From contig JAJZXE010000005.1 in NCBI GenBank assembly GCA_021802505.1, positions 1 to 44,045 on the forward strand: DNA of 44,045 bases. The letters are read 5' to 3'. Source of the DNA: Nanobdellota archaeon. Lineage in GTDB: Archaea > Nanobdellota > Nanobdellia > Parvarchaeales > Parvarchaeaceae. Position 1 is the stretch's first letter. Every line of letters starts with the position of its first letter. Under the pieces are notes generated by a model. It did no database searches. It was not told where the DNA came from and saw only the letters and a list, made by a program, of their open reading frames with translations. Shown piece by piece: positions 19,624 through 28,882 of this stretch. The translations under genes were made by a program, and so were the position numbers.

Positions 19624-20325
19624 ATGAAAGTACCAAGGTCAAGAAGAAGGGGAAAGAGCAGGGTCTTCCGGTTTAATGACTTCAATGCCATAGGGGAAGC
19701 AAGACTGCCGAATCTTGCCGATTCAATGAACGCGAGGGTCATCAAGTTGATTCATGATCCGTACAGGACGGCACCACTTATGCAGCTTAAATTTGAAAAC
19801 GGACAGAAAGTGTTTCTTCCCGCGTTTACAGGTGCGTATGAAGGTATGATAATAACATACCTGAAAAACGACGTTGTAAAGGACGGATCGGTTTTGAAGC
19901 TGGGAGATATACCGGCTGGTACCAATGTTTATAACATTGAACTGAAATCCGGGGACGGCGGAAAGCTTGTAAGAGCTGGCGGAAACAGCGCCAGGATAGT
20001 GGAGAACACCGGAAATGACGTTGCATTATCCCTTTCAAGCGGCAGGATATTAAGATTAAAATCCGATTGCAGGGCCATTGTTGGAAAAATAGCAAATTCC
20101 GGAAGGAAGGAGAAACCTTTCTACAAGGCAGGCAATAAATATCATCTTATAAAGGCAAGAAGCAGGTACTGGCCAATGAATGCGGCGGTCGCAATGAATG
20201 CTTATGAACACAAGTTCGGCGGTAAAAGAAGAAGCACGCAGCACAAGTCAAAAAGTTCGGCTAGGAATTCCCCACCAGGGGCAAAAGTCGGAGCGATCGC
20301 TCCAAAGAGAACCGGTATCAGATAA
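19624..20325 (+). CDS. rpl2: 50S ribosomal protein L2 (uL2)
   Basis: IHDPYRTAP, NIELKSGDGGKLVRAGG, KPFYKAG, PPGAKVGAIAPKRTG. Confidence 0.96.
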   Translation: MKVPRSRRRGKSRVFRFNDFNAIGEARLPNLADSMNARVIKLIHDPYRTAPLMQLKFENGQKVFLPAFTGAYEGMIITYLKNDVVKDGSVLKLGDIPAGTNVYNIELKSGDGGKLVRAGGNSARIVENTGNDVALSLSSGRILRLKSDCRAIVGKIANSGRKEKPFYKAGNKYHLIKARSRYWPMNAAVAMNAYEHKFGGKRRSTQHKSKSSARNSPPGAKVGAIAPKRTGIR

Positions 20326-20712
20326 ATGGAAGAATACAAATTCAGAGGAAAGACGATTGATGAGCTTAGCAAGCTGTCCAATGAAGAGCTGGCAAAGATT
20401 GCAAATGCAGACTTCAGAAGGGTAGTAAAAAGGGGATTCTCGCCGGAGGAAAAGATTTTCCTCGCAAATATGAAAAAGAAGGCCGCGAAATCGAAGGCGA
20501 TAAGAACGCATATGAGGGAGATGTTTATCCTTCCCCAGTTCGTGGGTTTGACCATCCAGGTACATAACGGGAAGGAGTTTGTACCGATAGAAATAAAACC
20601 CTCGATGGTTTTCCACAGGCTGGGAGAATTTGCATTGACTACCAAACAGGTAAAGCACGGTTCGCCGGGTATGAAAGCTACCCGTTCAAGCGGATTCGTA
20701 CCTATTAAGTGA
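20326..20712 (+). CDS. rps19: 30S ribosomal protein S19 (uS19)
   Basis: FRGKTIDEL, IRTHMREMFILP, HNGKEF, HRLGEFALT, ATRSSGFVPIK. Confidence 0.96.
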   Translation: MEEYKFRGKTIDELSKLSNEELAKIANADFRRVVKRGFSPEEKIFLANMKKKAAKSKAIRTHMREMFILPQFVGLTIQVHNGKEFVPIEIKPSMVFHRLGEFALTTKQVKHGSPGMKATRSSGFVPIK

Positions 20713-20717
20713 TTGAT

Positions 20718-21311
20718 ATGGTTACAAAAGTACTGGCAAAAAGAGAAGGCATGCCCATATCCCTTAAGCACACCCATGAGATAATGGAAGCAGTAAAGGG
20801 AAAACAGCTCTCAAAGGCGAATGAATTGCTTAAAAAAGTGCTTTTAAAGGAGGCTTATATCCCCTTCAGAAAATATCCCAGCAAGGGGCATAAACACGGA
20901 GTGCCTGCGGGTTTTCCGCAGAAGGCCACAAAACAGGTGATATCAATCCTGGAAGAGCTGAAGTCAAATATAAAAAATATGGGTTTTGACGAGTCAAAGG
21001 TCGTGATAAGCGGTTATTTGCTTGGCCGGGGAGGTTATCCCAGATTTTCAAGCGGTGCCATATACAGGCACGGCAAAAGGACAAACCTTGCGGTTTATTC
21101 ACTCATTGATCAGGAGAGAAAAGCGGCTGTGAAGAAGGAGAAGCCTGAAGAAAAGAAGGAAGCGGCAAAAGAGGAAGTTAAGCCGGCGGCAGAAACAGAA
21201 AAAAAGGAAGAACCAGTTAAAGCAGAGAAGGAAGTTAAATCGGAGACGGGTGAAAAACCGGAAAAAAAGGATAAAAACACTAAGGATAGTAAATTAAAGG
21301 CAGAGACGTGA
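20718..21311 (+). CDS. rpl22: 50S ribosomal protein L22 (uL22) with a K/E-rich C-terminal tail
   Basis: ISLKHTHEI...IPFRKY...GFPQKA motifs; lies between S19 and S3; GTG 20709 is an alternative start. Confidence 0.9.
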   Translation: MVTKVLAKREGMPISLKHTHEIMEAVKGKQLSKANELLKKVLLKEAYIPFRKYPSKGHKHGVPAGFPQKATKQVISILEELKSNIKNMGFDESKVVISGYLLGRGGYPRFSSGAIYRHGKRTNLAVYSLIDQERKAAVKKEKPEEKKEAAKEEVKPAAETEKKEEPVKAEKEVKSETGEKPEKKDKNTKDSKLKAET

Positions 21312-21312
21312 T

Positions 21313-21984
21313 ATGTTACCAAAAAAAATAGTTGCGAGTAAGGTGAATGAGGAGACGGCAAGGGAGTACCTCTTCAAGAGATTCAGCAGGTACGGGATAA
21401 GCGACATAAGGATAGAAAAGACCCCTTTGGGTATGAAAATCGTGATACGGACGCCGAAACCCGGAGCGATAGTCACCAGGGCAAATCAGATACTCAAGGA
21501 GAGTTCAAAGGAACTTGGAAATTACTTCAATCAGGAATCCCCAAGAATAGAGGTTGAAAGCTCAATAAATCCCAATCTGGATCCGGCGATAGTCGCGGAT
21601 TCCATAGCGTTTAAAATAGCGAAATACGGGCCTATGAAATACAAGGTGGTGGCTCATAAGGCGATGGACAGCATAATGGATGCGGGTGCAAAGGGTGTTG
21701 AGATAGAGATCGGCGGCGTGATAAAGGAGAGGGCGGCGCACTTTAAATTCAGGCCCATCGGCAGCGTAATGCCTAAAACGGGGCAGGTGGAGTTCTTCGG
21801 CGTGAGGACCGCCAAAAAACAATTAGTGCTTAAAAGAGGATCGATAGGTATAAAGGTTACAATCGTTGTACCCGTTGAAAACATTGGAGGAGTAAAAATA
21901 AATGATGGAAGAGAATCTGAAGGACCTGGAAATGGAGCTTCTGAAAATGAACATAAAGAAGACGCAGGGTCTCCAACCAGCTGA
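21313..21984 (+). CDS. rps3: 30S ribosomal protein S3 (uS3)
   Basis: KTPLG, KPGAIV, NPNLDPAIVA, MDAGAKGVEIEIGG, GSIGIKVTI. Confidence 0.94.
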   Translation: MLPKKIVASKVNEETAREYLFKRFSRYGISDIRIEKTPLGMKIVIRTPKPGAIVTRANQILKESSKELGNYFNQESPRIEVESSINPNLDPAIVADSIAFKIAKYGPMKYKVVAHKAMDSIMDAGAKGVEIEIGGVIKERAAHFKFRPIGSVMPKTGQVEFFGVRTAKKQLVLKRGSIGIKVTIVVPVENIGGVKINDGRESEGPGNGASENEHKEDAGSPTS

Positions 21985-22078
21985 CGCCGGAAAATACAGG
22001 CATTTGAAGAAGAAAGTAGCACAGCTTAAGAATGAGCTCAGGCAGAAAGAGCTTTCGGCCGGTAAGCAGAAAAAATAA
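21902..22078 (+). CDS. rpl29: 50S ribosomal protein L29 (uL29), short form
   Basis: Absent from the ORF track (58 aa): MMEENLKDLEMELLKMNIKKTQGLQPADAGKYRHLKKKVAQLKNELRQKELSAGKQKK*. GGAGG upstream, canonical position after S3, fits the L29 pattern. Confidence 0.85.
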   Translation: MMEENLKDLEMELLKMNIKKTQGLQPADAGKYRHLKKKVAQLKNELRQKELSAGKQKK

Positions 22079-22104
22079 TTTTTGGTGTTTATACTAAAAA
22101 AGGA

Positions 22105-22989
22105 TCAGCCGTTTACCAGATCGAACAATGTGTCCAACTGCTCACGTCTGGCTTCTATCTGTGTCTTCATCTTCTGGTATTCGCCCTCGCTTATCTTTCC
22201 GGCTACGAAATTCCTTTCCAGATCGGCGGATTCCTTTTCTATCTCCCTCAGTTTATTGTTTAATTTCATGGATCCCTGTGGGCCCATGGAAAGGCTCGCG
22301 GAAACGTCGTTTGCCAGCTGTCTTTTGTTCAGCTTGTTTCCGTATCTTCTTGATAATTCGCTGTACATTTCGGTCATATCCCCCTCTAATTTGGAATATG
22401 AATCCTTGTCCTTGAATTTGCAGTCTCCCGCCAGAACCACCCTTACGTTTGCGGACTGCTCGGTGGGATCGTACACCCCTATTATCTTCGCCCAGAGGAA
22501 TATCGGAACTATCTTCTTTATTTCAAAAAATACAAACGCCAGAACAAAGAATGCTATCATCCCGTACAATACCAGAGCGGATGCGGAATAGCTGAAATGG
22601 GTTATATTAGAGTAAACCTCTGTCCTGTACGAGACGATAAGAACGACAGCAAGTATTATGCCTATTATAAGGCAGGCTTTCCATGCGACGGGGTATTTTG
22701 AGCCCTTTTTATTGTCCTTTGCGCTTTTTATCAGAGCTCTTACCGGCTTTATGTTGCCGCCGCGAAACGTTTCCTCCAGTTCGTTGTCATCAAACTTTGC
22801 GAGTTCATTAAGAAGTATCTTGTAGTCCATATCCGTCATATCCTCGGATACTTCGTTGCGTAAGACCTGCGGATCGTCGCTCTTTATGTAAAGATCATAG
22901 AAAACATGCTTCTTCTCCAGCTCCTGAGTATCAAATTCCTTCTCGTAGTTCTTTATGCTGAATCCAATCATAAAATTATATGATTTCAT
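22105..22989 (-). CDS. Membrane protein, two TM helices and a C-terminal SHOCT-like domain
   Basis: Two hydrophobic segments; LERNFVAGKISEGEYQKMKTQI matches the SHOCT pattern. Confidence 0.7.
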   Translation of the reverse strand: MKSYNFMIGFSIKNYEKEFDTQELEKKHVFYDLYIKSDDPQVLRNEVSEDMTDMDYKILLNELAKFDDNELEETFRGGNIKPVRALIKSAKDNKKGSKYPVAWKACLIIGIILAVVLIVSYRTEVYSNITHFSYSASALVLYGMIAFFVLAFVFFEIKKIVPIFLWAKIIGVYDPTEQSANVRVVLAGDCKFKDKDSYSKLEGDMTEMYSELSRRYGNKLNKRQLANDVSASLSMGPQGSMKLNNKLREIEKESADLERNFVAGKISEGEYQKMKTQIEARREQLDTLFDLVNG

Positions 22990-23088
22990 TTAAATAAATA
23001 AGTATTATTCCGGATTTTGGCGTTTAAAGCCGTGTGTTTGCGGACAGGACAGTTAATATTATTTATTTACATAGATACTGTTTAGTTA

Positions 23089-23565
23089 ATGGACATCGGC
23101 AGCATCGGCTTCCTGGTAATATCCGCATTGTTGATAGGCACTGCGCTGATGATGGTGGCAACCAAAAACCTGATACATTCGCTGCTTTACATGTTCATGT
23201 TCGTAATTTCAGTTACCGCAATGATCTTATACCTAAATGCCGTCTTCCTCGGCGTAGCGGAACTTATAATATACAACGGGGGAATAGTTCTTTTGCTGGC
23301 TATAGGGATAAGCTCCATGCCGGAAGGCAAAGTAAACAGGATAAATTCTAGGCTGGTTTTCCTGCTGCCCCTTCTTGTTCTGGCGATAACGTCTTTTCTT
23401 CTCCTGAAGATGCCCTCCGCTCCTTACAACAGCGCCATTGATTATTCCGTCTTTGGAACGTATTTCTTCCAGAATTACGGCGGTCTGCTCCTTGTCCTTG
23501 CTTTTACGGCGATAGCTAGCATTTTTTCCACAATATACATAATAAGCAGAGGAGATGAACTATGA
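23089..23565 (+). CDS. nuoJ: Complex I-like membrane subunit J
   Basis: KNLIHSLLYM, AELIIYNGGIVLL (TM3), FGTYFFQNY. Confidence 0.88.
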   Translation: MDIGSIGFLVISALLIGTALMMVATKNLIHSLLYMFMFVISVTAMILYLNAVFLGVAELIIYNGGIVLLLAIGISSMPEGKVNRINSRLVFLLPLLVLAITSFLLLKMPSAPYNSAIDYSVFGTYFFQNYGGLLLVLAFTAIASIFSTIYIISRGDEL

Positions 23566-23864
23566 TCCAGGAAATTTACTTTCTTCTGCTTACAGCAGTG
23601 CTTTTTGCGATAGGGATCTACGGCATAGCATCCAGAAGAGAGGGAATATCCATAATAATCTCCTCGGAGATAATAGTAAATGCTGCCATCATAAATTTCG
23701 TATCCGCTGCCAATTTTTATTCAGAGTTAAACGGGATAAGCTACGCTTTGATAACGCTGATAATGGTCGTATTTGAAGCGGTTGTTTTCATCGCTCTTAT
23801 GGTGGTCTTTTCGAGAAGGACCGGTTCCCTGTCCATTTCAAAATTGGGGAGGTATAAGGGCTGA
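23562..23864 (+). CDS. nuoK: Complex I-like membrane subunit K
   Basis: LFAIGIYG, ISSEIIVNAAIINFV and VFEAVV (both conserved Glu); 100 aa. Confidence 0.92.
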   Translation: MIQEIYFLLLTAVLFAIGIYGIASRREGISIIISSEIIVNAAIINFVSAANFYSELNGISYALITLIMVVFEAVVFIALMVVFSRRTGSLSISKLGRYKG

Positions 23865-23865
23865 T

Positions 23866-25614
23866 ATGCTTTACTTAATACTTGTTCCGCTGCTTGTATC
23901 CTCCGTACTGATAGCCGTTTTAGGGGAAAGAAAGTCATTAAGCTGGGCCCTGTCCCTGATAGCCGCAGTGGTTTCATTTCTTCTTTCCGCCTTTTTTTTC
24001 GTCTCATATTTTAACAGGAATATCCTAGAGAGCTATACCTGGTTTTCATTTTCAGGGTTGATATTCTCCTTATCCTTTGTAGGAAACAATCTTACGCTTT
24101 TTATGTCCCTGCTCGTGTCCTTTATCTCCGTTATGGTGCTCCTATTCGCGGGTTTTTACATGAAGAAGGAGAAACAATCCAGGTTTTATGCAGAGATGTC
24201 ATTCTTCATATTTTCCATGCTCGGGTTGGTGCTATCCGGCAGCCTTCTTTTATTCTTCATATTCTGGGAGTTTGTGGGCATAACCTCTTATCTTTTAATC
24301 GGGTTTTGGTATGATAAGGAAGCTCCTGCTGTTTCAAGCAAGAAAGCGCTGCTGATAACCCGCATAGGGGATCTTTCCTTTTTAGCAGCTATAGTAATCG
24401 TTTTCTCTGCGTTGAAGACATTTTCTATTTCTGCGTTTTTGGGATCTATTCCCCTGCTGCCTCCGATGGTCATATTGACTGTAGGTATATTATTTATCAT
24501 AGCGGCGCTTTCCAAGGCCGCACAGTTTCCCTTTTACACATGGCTTATCGATGCGATGGAGGGCCCGACCCCCGTAAGTTCATTGCTTCATTCCGCAACG
24601 ATGGTGGCAGCCGGTGCATATCTTCTTATCAGACTGCTGCCATTGATATCTGCAGCGGGTTTATCCAGCTTGATCCTGGTGTTCGCATTCATAACCGCGA
24701 TAACAGCGGCGCTGCTTGCCTTAAAGGAGAGGCATTTTAAAAAGATACTTGCTTATTCAACGATAGAGAGCCTTGCCTTTATGTTTATGGCGATAGGTAC
24801 ACTGAATGCCGGCGGCGCGGTATTTTACCTGTTTACACACGCTGTCTTCAAGTCGATGCTCTTTTTCATCAGCGGCGTTCTGGCGATTCTCTTCGGCACG
24901 TATGATATCTATGAATTAAACAGCAGAGGCACAAGGGGCAGCTGGGTAACTATTCCGGCTTTGATAGGATTTGCATCGATAGCCGCCATACCCCCGTTTA
25001 TGAGCTTTTTTGCGCATTCCGCCATAACCTATAATTTCAACATTTATGAGAACTCTGTGTTTGTGGTTATTGCCTTCCTGACCGCTCTGTTTTCTTTCAG
25101 GGCCTTCTTTGTCATATTCGGTAAAAAATCCAGGAATAAGCTTAAGAGAGAATTCACCGTTCTCTTCCCGATAGTCACCTTAGCGGTTATATCAACATTC
25201 GGCGGTGTAATCATCTACTTCTTTAATGCCATAGAGCCGATCCTGCATTCGTTTGATGCGTTTTCATTCATAAGTTTGGCCGCGGCTCTGCTCGGTGTTT
25301 TTGTTTCGTATGAGCTTTTCTACGCAAAAAAAGAGGAGAAAACAGTGTTGAAAATGCAGAGGACAGCGGTTAAGCTGGAAAAGTATAGATATGAGAGGTT
25401 TATAATCGGCGTAGGGAACGCGGTTTCTGATTTCGGTTACTACATCGGTAGATTCGATTCGATGCTCTCCAGTGCCGCATCAAGGGCAGCCGAATCAACA
25501 TTTATCCTTTCATCCAAGACCAGAGAGATAGAGAACGGAGATGCCTTCAGGTATATAACAGCGATTGTAATCGGCCTGATAGCGGTTATACTCGTGGCGG
25601 TGATATTCATATGA
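23866..25614 (+). CDS. nuoL: Complex I antiporter-like subunit L
   Basis: ATG 23866 (MLYLILVP); FWEFVGITSYLLIGFW, KAAQFPFYTWLIDAMEGPTPVSSLLHSATMV, THAVFKSMLF; C-terminal lateral helix region present. Confidence 0.93.
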   Translation: MLYLILVPLLVSSVLIAVLGERKSLSWALSLIAAVVSFLLSAFFFVSYFNRNILESYTWFSFSGLIFSLSFVGNNLTLFMSLLVSFISVMVLLFAGFYMKKEKQSRFYAEMSFFIFSMLGLVLSGSLLLFFIFWEFVGITSYLLIGFWYDKEAPAVSSKKALLITRIGDLSFLAAIVIVFSALKTFSISAFLGSIPLLPPMVILTVGILFIIAALSKAAQFPFYTWLIDAMEGPTPVSSLLHSATMVAAGAYLLIRLLPLISAAGLSSLILVFAFITAITAALLALKERHFKKILAYSTIESLAFMFMAIGTLNAGGAVFYLFTHAVFKSMLFFISGVLAILFGTYDIYELNSRGTRGSWVTIPALIGFASIAAIPPFMSFFAHSAITYNFNIYENSVFVVIAFLTALFSFRAFFVIFGKKSRNKLKREFTVLFPIVTLAVISTFGGVIIYFFNAIEPILHSFDAFSFISLAAALLGVFVSYELFYAKKEEKTVLKMQRTAVKLEKYRYERFIIGVGNAVSDFGYYIGRFDSMLSSAASRAAESTFILSSKTREIENGDAFRYITAIVIGLIAVILVAVIFI

Positions 25615-27023
25615 TAAACCTTATCTTTTTGTTGATAGTGCCTATGGCGGGGATACTTGCCCTGATAATAAAACCTTTCATCGGTAAACCCGTCTCCGCA
25701 GAGATTATAACCCTGATAACAATGGTCATAACCGTTATACTGTTTGGATTCGGTTTGCTGCTGGGTTTCAGCGGATTTAATGCGAATATAAATTCAAGCA
25801 TAAGCTTTTCATTCTCCCTGCAGACCAGCTTTATAACCATTCCGTTTCTATTGCTCGCGACGGTACTGCCGATTGCCATACTGTTATTTGCGGCGAAGGA
25901 GATAAGGCAGAGCAGGTCTCTTTTTTATGTCTTTTACCTTGTGGTTTATCTCTCCGTTATCTCCGTTTTCATATCCTCAAATCTTATAGTCTTTTTCATC
26001 TTTTGGGAGCTTGCCGTCTTGTCCCTGTTCTTTATAATCAGTTTGTGGGGAAACGCCGAGAAAGGAAGAAAGGCCGGCATGAAGTTCCTGGTCTTTACGC
26101 AGTTCGGCAGTCTCACTCTTCTCGCGGTCTTTATCCTTCTTTTTGTCTACACCGGCAGCTTTAATCTGCCTGTCATCGCGTCTAAGATGGCGCTGCTTCC
26201 TTCCTATGTAGAATATCTCTCATTTTTTCTTCTGCTGATAACGGTGATGATAAAAATGCCGATATTTCCGCTGCACGAGTGGCTTCTTGATTCTTACTAT
26301 TATTCTCCGTCTTCTGGAACCATGTTCCTTTCGGCCATGCTGTCAAAACTGGGAGGATTTGCATTCATACTTTTCGGCTTCGGGCTGTTCCGCAATGTTC
26401 TTTTGAATCTCAGGCTGCCGCTTGTTTTGCTGGGTGTTTTTACCGCTATATACATCGCTTTCGCCGCCTCCGGCCAGAAGGATTTCAAAAAACTTCTGTC
26501 TTATTCAAGCATGTTTTATATGTCCCTCGTTTTTATAGGAATATCCTCGGGTGTGGGCACCGCGATCATAGGCTCCGTTATACTTATGGTCAGCCACGGT
26601 TTTATAATAACGCTGCTTTTTGGCATATCCTATGTGCTGTTTCAGAAGACAGGCACAAATGAAACGGCCAAACTCGGCGGCATAATGTCGAAAATGCCTC
26701 TTTTTGCCTTTTTCCTTGTTTTCGGTGTGTTCGCCAGTCTCGGCATACCGGGGCTTTCGAATTTTCCTGGTGAGCTTTTGATATTTATAGGCTCGTACGC
26801 CGTGGCGGGCATATCACTTCTTGCAATATTCGGTATACTCCTGTCCACAAATTATTATCTCCGCATAATAAAACAGGTGTTATTCGGACAGCTGCCGAAA
26901 AAGTTAACGACTCTTAAAGAACTGTCCACTGTGGAGTTGGCAGTCTTTTCCTTTCTCTCATTTTTCATATTGCTGATAGGGCTGTTTCCTTCATTATTAA
27001 TCGGAGTGATAGGGGGTCTTTGA
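25611..27023 (+). CDS. nuoM: Complex I antiporter-like subunit M
   Basis: FFIFWEL, IKMPIFPLHEWL, LSKLGG, MVSHG, LGIPGLSNFPGE. Confidence 0.93.
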   Translation: MINLIFLLIVPMAGILALIIKPFIGKPVSAEIITLITMVITVILFGFGLLLGFSGFNANINSSISFSFSLQTSFITIPFLLLATVLPIAILLFAAKEIRQSRSLFYVFYLVVYLSVISVFISSNLIVFFIFWELAVLSLFFIISLWGNAEKGRKAGMKFLVFTQFGSLTLLAVFILLFVYTGSFNLPVIASKMALLPSYVEYLSFFLLLITVMIKMPIFPLHEWLLDSYYYSPSSGTMFLSAMLSKLGGFAFILFGFGLFRNVLLNLRLPLVLLGVFTAIYIAFAASGQKDFKKLLSYSSMFYMSLVFIGISSGVGTAIIGSVILMVSHGFIITLLFGISYVLFQKTGTNETAKLGGIMSKMPLFAFFLVFGVFASLGIPGLSNFPGELLIFIGSYAVAGISLLAIFGILLSTNYYLRIIKQVLFGQLPKKLTTLKELSTVELAVFSFLSFFILLIGLFPSLLIGVIGGL

Positions 27024-28376
27024 ATGGGATACTTAAATCCGCAGTATGTTTTATTTGGAGGGATTCTTCTCGTCATACTCCTTGATTTTTTAAGATATGG
27101 CCTGGGCGGAAAAGGCAAGTACATCATACATTACATCTCTGCCGGTATACTGGCTCTTGCGCTTGTTTTTGACGTCCTTTACGGAAACATGAACATAAAC
27201 ATGTTTTCCGAGGTCCAATACTCGCAGTTTGTAACCGGCTTCATGCTTTTCATCTCTCTTCTGGTATATCTTTTTATATTATCGGATAAACATGAACACG
27301 GCGTCGCTGCAGATGTTGCGTATCTTTCTGCCATTCTCGGCGCGACGCTTGTCGTTTTAGCGAGCAATCTGATTTCTCTGTTCCTTTCTATAGAACTGCT
27401 TTCGATATCTTCATACGCGCTGGTCTATCTCTATAAATCTGATAGTGCATTGGAGGGAGCAATAAAATACCTGTCAACGGGGATAATCTCAATGGTCATC
27501 CTTATATTCGGTATATCCGTTATCTATGCAGGAACAGGCACGCTGTCATTTTCATCCCTTCACACCGTATCGTATATTCCGTTCATTGCTGGCATTTCGA
27601 TAGTCATCGCAGGGCTCGGTTTCAAATCCACATTAGTGCCGTTTCATATGTGGGCCCCGGATACGTACGAGGCATCAAATAGCTCTATCACTGCCTTTAT
27701 ATCGTCTGTTTCCAAGGCGGCGGGACTTCTTGCAATGATACGCGTCTTCTTTTTTGCTTTACCAGTATCATCTTCATTCGTAACCGCACTGTTCTTATCT
27801 ATCGCGCTTATAACGATTTTTCTCAGCGCATTTCTTGCCTCTGTACAGGACAGAATAAAAAGGCTACTTGCCTATTCAAGCATATCGCAGGCGGGTTTTG
27901 CATTCATCAGCTTGGCCGTTCTGACGACTAAGGGGGTAAACGCCGCCATATTCTACATATTCGCATTTGCCGTTGCGGATGCTATAGTATTTCTTGCGTA
28001 TGGTATGTTTGAAAATAAGAAGATAATCTACAGAAAAGACAGCGGCCGCATGTACTCTGTATCAAAAATAGGCGCCATAAGCTTCTTTATAGGCATGCTC
28101 TCACTCGCGGGTTTTCCGCCGACGATAGGGTTCTTTGGAAAACTTTTGATATTTTATGCGCTTTTCAACAGCGGTTATTTCCCGATAGTAATCCTTCTGT
28201 TTTTCTCCCTGCTTGTTTCGACCTTCTATTACTTTAACATACTTTCAGGCATGCATTTTGCGGATTTGATAAAGAAAGAAAGTGCAAAAAAAACCATAAA
28301 GAGAGAACAGCGTGTAAAGGAGATTATACTAGTGGTATTGACCGTTTCACTGTTTGTAGGGGTCATATTTGCCTAA
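27024..28376 (+). CDS. nuoN: Complex I antiporter-like subunit N
   Basis: IELLSISSYAL, EGAIKY, GFKSTLVPFHMWAPDTYE, KRLLAYSSI, LSLAGFPPTIGFFGK. Confidence 0.93.
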   Translation: MGYLNPQYVLFGGILLVILLDFLRYGLGGKGKYIIHYISAGILALALVFDVLYGNMNINMFSEVQYSQFVTGFMLFISLLVYLFILSDKHEHGVAADVAYLSAILGATLVVLASNLISLFLSIELLSISSYALVYLYKSDSALEGAIKYLSTGIISMVILIFGISVIYAGTGTLSFSSLHTVSYIPFIAGISIVIAGLGFKSTLVPFHMWAPDTYEASNSSITAFISSVSKAAGLLAMIRVFFFALPVSSSFVTALFLSIALITIFLSAFLASVQDRIKRLLAYSSISQAGFAFISLAVLTTKGVNAAIFYIFAFAVADAIVFLAYGMFENKKIIYRKDSGRMYSVSKIGAISFFIGMLSLAGFPPTIGFFGKLLIFYALFNSGYFPIVILLFFSLLVSTFYYFNILSGMHFADLIKKESAKKTIKREQRVKEIILVVLTVSLFVGVIFA

Positions 28377-28478
28377 GACTAGTAGACTACACCGAACAAA
28401 TTACTGTGATAATAAACAATTTTCAGGTCAAATGTGCGTCATATTCACAGTTATGCAGAAGACTTGTAGTCTTTATAT

Positions 28479-28880
28479 TCAGAAATCAAGGCTGTTAACA
28501 AATTGTTTAGGTATTTTGTTTATTAGTTCCTTGTCCTCAGTATAAAGGACAGCATTACTTTTCTTTGCTAGTGCCACATAAACAGCATCATAAATAGTGA
28601 TATCATACTCCAAAGCCAAATCGATGGTTAAAGATGCGAGTTCATCGTCAAAATCAACAAAAGTAAATCCGCTTTTTTCAATTGCTATCGCAGCACTCTT
28701 AATCTTTTCAGGGCTGACCTTTCTGTATTTTAGTGCGTTTAAAACCTCATACTTTATGAGTGAAGGTTCGCTGATCTCTTCTTCTCCTTTTATGAATCGC
28801 TCAAACAGTTTGTTAGCCTTTTCAGAATCCTTCTCTGTTACAAAAAGCTTGAAAATAACACTTGCGTCAAGTACTAACAT
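28479..28880 (-). CDS. vapC: PIN-domain toxin (VapC family)
   Basis: VLDASV, YEVLNAL, TIYDAVYVALA, LYTEDKEL; all four acidic positions present. Confidence 0.92.
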   Translation of the reverse strand: MLVLDASVIFKLFVTEKDSEKANKLFERFIKGEEEISEPSLIKYEVLNALKYRKVSPEKIKSAAIAIEKSGFTFVDFDDELASLTIDLALEYDITIYDAVYVALAKKSNAVLYTEDKELINKIPKQFVNSLDF

Positions 28881-28882
28881 TT

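Noticed and set aside
21115-21311. K/E-rich low-complexity stretches in uL22, HIT and SMC as DNA tandem repeats
   Set aside because: No regular nucleotide repeat unit; they reflect amino-acid composition.
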